A stretch of DNA of 21,852 bases from an uncultured archaeon. GTDB taxonomy: Archaea > Iainarchaeota > Iainarchaeia > Iainarchaeales > CSSED10-239. Of this stretch, positions 7,656-14,440 are shown piece after piece. Where the stretch lies: assembly GCA_964463155.1 (NCBI GenBank), contig CAYXAY010000011.1, positions 1 through 21,852 of the forward strand, given 5' to 3'. Position 1 is the stretch's first letter. The number at the start of each line of letters is the position of its first letter. Made by a program: the position numbers and the translations under genes. Below the pieces are notes generated by a model. That model made no database searches, was not told the DNA's origin, and saw only the letters and a list, made by a program, of their open reading frames with translations.

Positions 7656-7764
7656 TTTGGAAATAATTTTAAATGTGTGTTTTCACATATTTTCTCGTAA
7701 CTACAAATATATTATAGAATTAGTTATTTAAAAGGTTTTTGAGGGCATATGTCCAATGCGAAAA

Positions 7765-8661
7765 TCACATTGCTTCTAATCTTTTTATTCTTTCTGCAAT
7801 TGGCGGATGTGTTGAGAATAGGCCGGAAATGCCCCCGCTTTTTAGAGGGTTTGCTATGTAAAGATGAGCTGTTCCTTTACTTGCGTTCTTTACTGGTTCG
7901 TGGGCAGCAGATATTTTCTTTAAGGCACTTGCAAGACCTGCAGGATATCTTGTTAGTTTTGCCCCTGAACTGTCTGCTAGAAATTCTCTGTTTCTTGAGA
8001 TCGCAAGTTGAATCATCATAGCAATGATTGGAGCAAGAATTACTAAAACAATGGCTACAATTATACCAACAATATTTTGATTGCCTCTGTCATCGCGTCC
8101 TCCAAATATAAATACCCTTATTGCTATGTCAGAAACTATTGAAACAATACCAAAAAGAATTGAAGTAATCATCATCACTTGTATGTCTCTATTTTGGATG
8201 TGTGACATCTCATGAGCAATAACTCCTTCAAGCTCTTGTCTGTTCATTAGTTCTAAAAGACCAGTAGTTACTGCTATAGAAGAATGCTTCGGGTTTCTTC
8301 CTGTTGCAAAAGCATTTGGGGATTTGTCATTAATTATGTAAACCTTTGGCTTTGGTATCCCTGCAGAAATTGCCAACCCTTCAACAACATTATGAAGATA
8401 AATATATTTTTTTTCATCTGCCTCTTTTGCACCAGTTGTTAGAAGAACAATCTTATCTCCCATAAAATATCCAAAGATGCCGTAGATTATTGCAAAGACT
8501 CCTGCAATAAACAATATTCCGTATCCTGCAAAATTAAAAATATACTTTACAGCAAAGGAAATAACAAAGATAAATAAAAAAAAACCAAAAAACAAGAAAA
8601 AAGTCTTTATCTTGTTGTTGTTAATCTCATAAAATATATCTCTTCTTTTATTTTCAACCAT
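7765..8661 (-). CDS. htpX: HtpX-type M48 zinc metalloprotease (membrane protease)
   Basis: HEMSH zinc motif, SPNAFATG block, and N-terminal plus internal TM helices. The track ORF begins at a GTG (8691). The ATG at 8661 (MVENKRR...) is preceded by GTGAT and is preferred. Confidence 0.85.
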   Translation of the reverse strand: MVENKRRDIFYEINNNKIKTFFLFFGFFLFIFVISFAVKYIFNFAGYGILFIAGVFAIIYGIFGYFMGDKIVLLTTGAKEADEKKYIYLHNVVEGLAISAGIPKPKVYIINDKSPNAFATGRNPKHSSIAVTTGLLELMNRQELEGVIAHEMSHIQNRDIQVMMITSILFGIVSIVSDIAIRVFIFGGRDDRGNQNIVGIIVAIVLVILAPIIAMMIQLAISRNREFLADSSGAKLTRYPAGLASALKKISAAHEPVKNASKGTAHLYIANPLKSGGISGLFSTHPPIAERIKRLEAM

Positions 8662-8761
8662 TTTTATCACTAAATTTAATAGGTGTGTCACTAATATAAT
8701 AGATAATAATAAGATTTAAAAAGAAATACATCTTAATCATACTATTAAAATGTGATACAGT

Positions 8762-10147
8762 ATGCCAAAAAACAAATATGAGTACAACAATCCTGATTTT
8801 AATAAGATTATTGAAAATATACAAAAAGAAACTTTAGAGTTAAAAGATGTTTCAGAATTTATTCTAAAAACAACCACTGTTGACAAAACACAAATACTTA
8901 AAGAACTATTAAAGCTTGGCAAACAAAAACAAATATTTTCTTCAGAAATTATTTCTCAAGAAAAGAAAAAGATAGCAACTTATCTTGACAAAAAACTGGG
9001 AGACTATCTTATTGATTATTCCTTTGGATATAGGCAACTTACAAGACTTTTTGATTCAAAGGATATTGAAGAGATAATAATCAACGGTTTAAATAAGATT
9101 TTTATTATTGACAGATATCAGAACAAGGTAATTACAGGAATTGAGTTTACAGAAAAAGAATATGATTGGTTCATTAATATCCTAAAGAACACTGTAAAGA
9201 AAGACTTTGATAAAAGAAAGTTTATTGATGGAACATTGCCTGACAGGTCAAGGCTAAACATTGTTTCTAAAAATGTGTGCGGGTTTAATGCAATCACAAT
9301 TAGGAAGTTTACACAAAAGCCACTAACAATAATTGATCTTATAAATTCCGAGACAATTGATTCTTACACAGCAGCATATCTTTGGACAATTGTTGATGGG
9401 TTTAAAATTAAACCCGCAAATATCTTTGTTTGCGGCGGTACTGGTTGTGGAAAAACAACATTTCTAAATATACTTCTTGACTTTATTAACAATAACGAAA
9501 GAATTGTGTTGATTGAAGACACAACAGAGATTGATATTACTAATTTTAATGATTACGTCTCCTTGATTTCAGACATCTCAGACGAAGAAAGCCTATATGC
9601 TATAACACTAAACACAATGAGGATGAGACCAGATAGAATCATTATAGGAGAAGTTAGAGGCAGAGAAGTTCAGGGACTGTTTGTTGCAATGGACACAGGG
9701 CACAATGGCTGTATGGCCACAATTCACGCCAACAACAGCGAAGATACAATTATCAAATTAATAAACAAACCAATGGAGATTTCAGAAATGAATCTTACTC
9801 TTTTGGATTTAATTATTATACTAAAGAAAGGAATGGTTTCTGGAAAAATTATAAGAAAGCTATCTCAGATTACTGAGATATCAAGAGTTGGAAACATCAA
9901 TCTTAATAACATCTATAAAGATGATGACTGTGTGAATTGTACAACAAATATAATGACTTCTCATGTTGCTGAAAAGCTTTGCGATATGGCCGGCATTTCA
10001 AAAGTGGATTTAAAAAAGATTGTAACTTACAGGGCAAGACTGCTTGATGAAATCTGTAGTGGTAGACCAAACATAACAAGAGAGGACTTTAAAAATATAA
10101 TTCATGCTTCCGATATGGAATATGATGTAATTTTAAAAAACAAATAG
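8762..10147 (+). CDS. Type II/IV secretion-system family ATPase (archaeal PilB/FlaI/VirB11-like hexameric ATPase)
   Basis: 461 aa. Walker A is GGTGCGKTTFLN, the Asp box is RIVLIEDTTEI, Walker B is RPDRIIIGEVRGRE, and the His box is GHNGCMATIHAN. Confidence 0.85.
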   Translation: MPKNKYEYNNPDFNKIIENIQKETLELKDVSEFILKTTTVDKTQILKELLKLGKQKQIFSSEIISQEKKKIATYLDKKLGDYLIDYSFGYRQLTRLFDSKDIEEIIINGLNKIFIIDRYQNKVITGIEFTEKEYDWFINILKNTVKKDFDKRKFIDGTLPDRSRLNIVSKNVCGFNAITIRKFTQKPLTIIDLINSETIDSYTAAYLWTIVDGFKIKPANIFVCGGTGCGKTTFLNILLDFINNNERIVLIEDTTEIDITNFNDYVSLISDISDEESLYAITLNTMRMRPDRIIIGEVRGREVQGLFVAMDTGHNGCMATIHANNSEDTIIKLINKPMEISEMNLTLLDLIIILKKGMVSGKIIRKLSQITEISRVGNINLNNIYKDDDCVNCTTNIMTSHVAEKLCDMAGISKVDLKKIVTYRARLLDEICSGRPNITREDFKNIIHASDMEYDVILKNK

Positions 10148-10196
10148 ATTTATTAAACATTAATAAAGTATAAGGTATATATAAAGGTGATCACAA

Positions 10197-10724
10197 ATGG
10201 CATTTAATTTAAAAGAAATATTTAGTAGTAAAAGAACAACAACAAAGGAAGAGGAAAATAGAAGTTTTAATGCTATTCCGGTTCTTGAAAAAACACAAAA
10301 GATAGATCTTGTAGCAGTTATAGCTAGAAGAGCAAGTATGAATGTTGATAAATTGATTGATGTTAACAAAACAACCGAAGATATTGAAAAATATAAACAA
10401 ATGGTTCTGGACTACAAAAAAAGAGGAGCAACAGAAAGACAATTAATGAATCTTAAAGATAAGATTGAAGAACTAGTTGTTGAAAGACAAAAGATGGAAG
10501 TCTTAATGGAATTACTTAATCAGGACAACCTTGTTAAAACCGCTTTTGGAAAAAAAAGGCAAGCAGAGATACATAATACTCTTTTAAACAGATACAAAAA
10601 TGGACAATTGACTCTTGTAGACTTAAAAGATAACCTCTCTGAGCTTTCATTAATCTTAAAGTCAAAGACAGACGAAAGGAACGAAACTCAAAAGTTAGAA
10701 GACTTTAATGCTAGGTTGTTTTAA
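10197..10724 (+). CDS. Charged coiled-coil protein, function unknown
   Basis: 175 aa that is Lys/Glu-rich and heptad-like. A near-perfect Shine-Dalgarno AGGTGATC lies 5 nt upstream of the ATG. I recognise no family. Confidence 0.5.
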   Translation: MAFNLKEIFSSKRTTTKEEENRSFNAIPVLEKTQKIDLVAVIARRASMNVDKLIDVNKTTEDIEKYKQMVLDYKKRGATERQLMNLKDKIEELVVERQKMEVLMELLNQDNLVKTAFGKKRQAEIHNTLLNRYKNGQLTLVDLKDNLSELSLILKSKTDERNETQKLEDFNARLF

Positions 10725-11715
10725 AAAAATCATAAATTGAAACTTGGTTTAGGCCTTCTATTGGCCTTGACCAAATCCCTAATTCTTTATTTATTGTTTT
10801 TGAGAAATCCTTTGAAAAGCCGTGCATTGTAAATACTTTTTTTGCTTTTGTGGCTTTTACAAATTCTAAGAGATCATTGTAATCACAATGGTCGGAAATT
10901 GGTATGCATTTACCATACTTGTAGTGTTTCCAACCGGTTGCAAAATAAACAGAGACTTTTCTGTTCTGTTGGTGCTCAAGGCTTCTTATCAAGTCTTTGT
11001 TTATTAGATTCATCGGAGCTATCAAGATATTGTGAGTATCTGTGTTATGATTAAGAAAATCGTATTTGCCAAGAGTTACATCAAAACCCTCATAGACCTT
11101 TGAATAATCAAAGCCTTTTTTTGTTATTAATGGGGTTTCCTTTAGATAATCATTAACAAACCGTATTATCTCTTGAGATTTCCCAAGAGAATATGCTCCA
11201 ATCAATACTAGTTTTCCTGAGGAGATGTCTTTTGAAATCTTTTCTGCAAACTCTTGATATACTTTTTCTCTTTCAGGAAAGATGTGTTCTTTTCTTCCAA
11301 AGGTTGTTTCTATTACTAGGATATCTGTTTCTATTGGCTTTGCTCCATTAAACAATAACGAATCCTGCGTTTTAAAGTCTCCTGTGTAAAGAAGGGACTT
11401 GTCTTTGCTTTCAAGGCAGAACATCTTGCTGCCAAGTATGTGCCCAGCGTTTAATGCCGATAATTTGATATTGTCTGTTAAGTCAAGAGTTTGACCATTA
11501 AGGAAAGTATAGTCTAGTTGCTTTCTTGTGTGAGTACTTATTAATGCAGAAGTCTCTTTTGTTGTAAATATCTTTTGTGGAGTTATGGCTATGTGATCTG
11601 TGTGACCGTGAGTGATTAGATTATAATCTTCAGTTTTACCAATCTTATTTTGGTCAATGTTTGCTTTTTGGTAGTTATCAGTAATAGAGAAGCAATCTTT
11701 ATAGTTTAGAATCAT
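10711..11715 (-). CDS. Small metallo-beta-lactamase / beta-CASP-fold nuclease (COG1236-like; resembles ligase-associated DNA-damage-response exonucleases)
   Basis: 334 aa. Motifs are LITHGHTDH (HxHxDH), YTGDF, VIETTFG, AYSLGKSQE (beta-CASP motif A region), ISDHCD and FTMHG. Confidence 0.75.
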   Translation of the reverse strand: MILNYKDCFSITDNYQKANIDQNKIGKTEDYNLITHGHTDHIAITPQKIFTTKETSALISTHTRKQLDYTFLNGQTLDLTDNIKLSALNAGHILGSKMFCLESKDKSLLYTGDFKTQDSLLFNGAKPIETDILVIETTFGRKEHIFPEREKVYQEFAEKISKDISSGKLVLIGAYSLGKSQEIIRFVNDYLKETPLITKKGFDYSKVYEGFDVTLGKYDFLNHNTDTHNILIAPMNLINKDLIRSLEHQQNRKVSVYFATGWKHYKYGKCIPISDHCDYNDLLEFVKATKAKKVFTMHGFSKDFSKTINKELGIWSRPIEGLNQVSIYDFFKTT

Positions 11716-11777
11716 TGCAATAAATAATATCCCAAGATTATTTTATATTGCTTTTGTTTTCATATAAAAGCAACAAG

Positions 11778-11802
11778 TATATAAAGACTTTTTATTATAA
11801 AA
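11778..11802 (+). promoter_or_regulatory. AT-rich TATA-like promoter region for the tRNA gene
   Basis: TATATAAAGACTTTTTATTATAAAA ends about 14 nt before the first tRNA base. Its position is compatible with an archaeal TATA box about 25-30 nt upstream of the transcript start. Confidence 0.3.
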
Positions 11803-11815
11803 TATATACAACTAC

Positions 11816-11979
11816 GGGGATATGGGGTAGTCCGGTTAGCCTAGCGGGCTCCAGATTGTTTAAGCCTTAAAGCAGGATGTTTGAAAAAACAGATGATTGA
11901 GAATTACAGGTATGCTAAGAAACTATTCTTAGAAAAAAGGAGATACCTGTTGACCTGGGTTCAAATCCCAGTATCCCCA
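11816..11979 (+). tRNA. tRNA-Trp: tRNA-Trp (anticodon CCA) interrupted by a 90-nt intron at the canonical 37/38 position; no encoded CCA end
   Basis: The acceptor stem is GGGGATA/TATCCCC plus discriminator A. The D arm is GGGT-AGTCCGGTTA-GCCT. The anticodon stem is GCGGG (11844-11848) / CCTGT (11946-11950) and the loop is CTCCAG|A. The T arm is CTGGG-TTCAAAT-CCCAG. The mature length is 74 nt. Confidence 0.85.
11855..11944 (+). other. tRNA-Trp intron with a bulge-helix-bulge splicing motif
   Basis: The central 4-bp helix is CUCC (11849-11852) / GGAG (11939-11942). It is flanked by the 3-nt bulges AG|A (11853-11855) and AU|A (11943-11945). The outer helix is UUGUUU (11856-11861) / AAAAAA (11933-11938). 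An internal perfect 7-bp hairpin CTAAGAA-ACTA-TTCTTAG spans 11915-11932. Confidence 0.75.
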
Positions 11980-11986
11980 AAATATC

Positions 11987-12436
11987 TTATTTTATAAATA
12001 TTAAAATAAATCTTGCAAAAGAAAACTTTATTTTTTTAAACAGGCCTTTTGCATCATAGATTAATCTTTTTTCCCTTATTGCTTGCTTAAAAGCCTTTAC
12101 TTGATTGTTACTGTTTATTATATTGTCCATTTTTTCTTTATCTGCTTGGATTATCAATGTTGGTTTTATGGAATTATCAAAAGAATAAGACTCTATGTGC
12201 GCGTTTTTCATAACTAGAGTTATTGTTTTTGTTTCTGTTTCATAGTTTACATTTAGTTGTATCTTCTCACTACCTACAAAGTTTCTTAAAGCACCCGGCA
12301 TGTCTTGAAGCTTGTTATTATATTTTTCAATTGCGTTTTCTGGAGTTGTAAACAACTCATCAATAGTTGTTAGAGCATAGGTTGTTCCTATAATTGATAT
12401 TAAGAAAAGCAAAACAAATATTTTTTTAAAAACCAT
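11987..12436 (-). CDS. Secreted or exported protein, function unknown
   Basis: I prefer the ATG at 12436 (MVFKKIFVLLFLISIIGTTYALT..., a signal-peptide-like N-terminus). The track ORF extends to a GTG at 12535 through a GC-rich noncoding-looking patch. I recognise no family. Confidence 0.5.
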   Translation of the reverse strand: MVFKKIFVLLFLISIIGTTYALTTIDELFTTPENAIEKYNNKLQDMPGALRNFVGSEKIQLNVNYETETKTITLVMKNAHIESYSFDNSIKPTLIIQADKEKMDNIINSNNQVKAFKQAIREKRLIYDAKGLFKKIKFSFARFILIFIK

Positions 12437-12588
12437 ATTTATCACAGTTAATATACAAGTGTTAAAATAAAAGAATTTAAAAAGCTTGCACTGGACAGCT
12501 ACCCCCCCGGAAATGCCCCTCTTATAACACACCACTATTTCTTATCTGCCAAAGAATTATTTAGAAATTGTGGAAGTGATTAGAGAAT

Positions 12589-14049
12589 ATGGAGCAGAGA
12601 CTATGCTTACTTAATAGTAGTTATGAAAAAGACAGGGCAAGAGTAGTTCTCTACTTTGGTAGAGACCCGCTTAATAATAACTATGAGTTTGTGTATAAAT
12701 CCACTTTTTATCCTTTCTTTGTTGTTGAAGTAAACCATTCTCTTGTTTCTCAGTTATTAGCTGATTTTAGAAAAGACATTTCTTTAAAATCTATTGACAA
12801 CAAAACAAAAATCATTGCTAGAAACTTTGAGCTTTTAAGTAAATGTTCAAAAATACTTCAGCAAGCAACAGGAAAAAACATTATCCTAATTGAACCAGAA
12901 AGGCAATTTCTTATAAGAAACAACTGGAGTTATTATGATGTTTTTTATGTCTTTAAGGGAAATCTAAAGAAAATTACAAACGAAAACCACATTCATTTTG
13001 CTATAAGAAACTATACTGAATCACTCAATAGAACAGAAAAGATATCATTGATTGAGCCATTAACTAAAAAACTAATATTAAGCAATATCCTAAAGCTAAA
13101 ACCAGAAACCGATATCAAAAACGACCAAATCCTTAATACTCTTTTTGAAAACGAGTTTTTTAACAAAGAGCTGATTTTAAAGAATACAAATAATTTTTAT
13201 TATGAAACCAAGGGGAAATTCCTAAAAGATCATATCAATCTTGATTTTTCTAATGTCATACCATATCTTCTAACAAACAAGTTTAGTAATATTGGTTTTG
13301 AAACCCTCAATTGTGATTGCTGTCATCCACTTTCAACTTTACAAGAGAATGTCCTCCCCTCATCTCTTGTAGAAGTTGAGTTTAGAAAATGTGGGTTTTA
13401 TTTTATCTCTTGTGATGATGCTTGGGCAAGAGATTATCACGATAGTCACGACCAGAAAGAAAACCGCAAAAACTACAAAAAACAAAATGGGCTTTTCAAA
13501 AGTGTTGTTGGGCCTTTCTCCAGAGGTCAAAAAGAACATCTTTTGCTTGCTGACGCCTTTAGACTTACAAAAGATAAAGACATTGTCATTCTTGAAGACC
13601 AAAAACAACTTGTATGGAGTTGCCAAAAACAAGAATCATTTATTTCAAAAATCATAAACGACTTAATTGAAAGACAAAAAGTAATTGAGCAATCAATAAA
13701 CATAAGCACACTTGGAAACTATTCTCTTAGAAGTCTTGAAAACTCAAGAGAGCTTGAAACAAATCCTATGTTCCTACAATATTTAACAGAATATTCACTT
13801 ATCAACTCCTTAATTGAAGAAATGCCAAAATTCCTACAACACAAAAACACAAAGTTCTATTCTCCAACTCTTGAGCAAGCAATCAGAACCATCAAATACA
13901 ACACCATTAACGAAATAAACAAAGAAGAAGATAGAATCATCATCTCCGAGAAAAGCAATATCCAGATAACAAACAAAAAGCTTCTAGCAAAAATCAACCA
14001 GACCTTCCCAAAAATGAATCTACCGGTGCCTAAATTAATTATTGGGTAA
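12589..14049 (+). CDS. Highly diverged, probably inactive family-B DNA polymerase-like protein (N-terminal domain + degenerate palm/fingers; no exonuclease core, no thumb)
   Basis: 486 aa. Blocks alignable by eye to archaeal PolB are: CLLNSSYEKDRARVVLYFGRD...FYPFFVVEV (N-terminus), LIEPERQFLIRNNW (E-DIPF--RYLID block) and NLDFSNVIPYLLTNKFSNIGFETLN (motif A). Further blocks are SFISKIINDLIERQKVI (GFIPSLL--LL-ER--IK), SLINSLIE (motif B, NS retained) and RIIISEKS in place of motif C YxDTD. A GGAAGTGAT Shine-Dalgarno-like motif lies upstream. Confidence 0.5.
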   Translation: MEQRLCLLNSSYEKDRARVVLYFGRDPLNNNYEFVYKSTFYPFFVVEVNHSLVSQLLADFRKDISLKSIDNKTKIIARNFELLSKCSKILQQATGKNIILIEPERQFLIRNNWSYYDVFYVFKGNLKKITNENHIHFAIRNYTESLNRTEKISLIEPLTKKLILSNILKLKPETDIKNDQILNTLFENEFFNKELILKNTNNFYYETKGKFLKDHINLDFSNVIPYLLTNKFSNIGFETLNCDCCHPLSTLQENVLPSSLVEVEFRKCGFYFISCDDAWARDYHDSHDQKENRKNYKKQNGLFKSVVGPFSRGQKEHLLLADAFRLTKDKDIVILEDQKQLVWSCQKQESFISKIINDLIERQKVIEQSINISTLGNYSLRSLENSRELETNPMFLQYLTEYSLINSLIEEMPKFLQHKNTKFYSPTLEQAIRTIKYNTINEINKEEDRIIISEKSNIQITNKKLLAKINQTFPKMNLPVPKLIIG

Positions 14050-14075
14050 AAAAAAAATAAAAGCAAGATTTATAC

Positions 14076-14354
14076 TTACTTCATCAATTTGATTTCTATT
14101 GCAGAAACCTTCATTGGGGTGTTGTTCTCTGTTGTTATTTCTTCTGTGGATATCGCAATATCTGCAACCTTAACTGTATTAACAAATTTGTTCTTAACAA
14201 TCTCAGCAACATCAACAGCTTTAGAAATTGTCTTTCCTCTAGCCTTTATTGTTACATTATCTGTTCCCTGGTTAAACTGTGTTATCACTGCAAGAACATA
14301 TGACATTGTTCCTTTCTTTCCTATGTATATTGTATTTCCTTCCATTTCGCTCAT
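14076..14354 (-). CDS. albA: Alba (Sac10b-family) chromatin / nucleic-acid-binding protein
   Basis: 92 aa. [24 protein letters not shown]...[24 protein letters not shown] closely follows the Alba consensus (IGKKPVMNYVLA...[22 protein letters not shown]). A G-rich Shine-Dalgarno motif lies upstream. Confidence 0.9.
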   Translation of the reverse strand: [92 protein letters not shown]

Positions 14355-14440
14355 AGTGTCTTCCCCCCTTGTTTATAGGTATTAATTATATATCTATTAA
14401 TCAAAATATTTAAAAAAGAGATTTAAAAATTGCCTTTAAC

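Noticed and set aside
7823-7835. Exact 13-mer CCGGAAATGCCCC shared between the htpX coding sequence (7823-7835) and the GC-rich spacer island (12507-12519)
   Set aside because: It is a single short match. In htpX it simply encodes part of SGGISGL. Nothing extends beyond the 13 nt, so chance identity is the most economical explanation.
7749-8021. 90-aa plus-strand ORF overlapping the htpX 3' end
   Set aside because: It is antisense to a well-supported HtpX C-terminus, its translation is Leu-rich and low-complexity, and I recognise no motifs.
8737-8922. 61-aa minus-strand ORF overlapping the start of the secretion ATPase gene
   Set aside because: It is antisense to the ATPase N-terminus and gives a Ser/Phe/Ile-rich translation. 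It is most likely spurious.
10160-10442. Two minus-strand ORFs (69 and 77 aa) over the coiled-coil gene
   Set aside because: They are antisense shadows of a Lys/Glu-rich gene, which necessarily yields Phe/Leu-rich open frames. The plus-strand gene has a near-perfect Shine-Dalgarno motif.
10842-11054. 70-aa plus-strand ORF inside the MBL nuclease gene
   Set aside because: It is an antisense shadow ORF. The opposite strand carries the HxHxDH and beta-CASP motifs.
11855-11944. Calling the tRNA-Trp intron a bona fide box C/D sRNA
   Set aside because: There is no canonical RUGAUGA/CUGA pair. Only AGAUGAUUGA and a CUAA are present, and there is no guide for position 34. I keep it as a hypothesis in the findings rather than annotating it as an ncRNA gene.
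13360-14066. Four short ORFs (both strands) overlapping the PolB-like gene
   Set aside because: They are out-of-frame or antisense to a long intact ORF, give low-complexity translations, and have no start signals.
14089-14385. 98-aa plus-strand ORF opposite albA
   Set aside because: Alba on the minus strand is unambiguous, so this is its antisense shadow.
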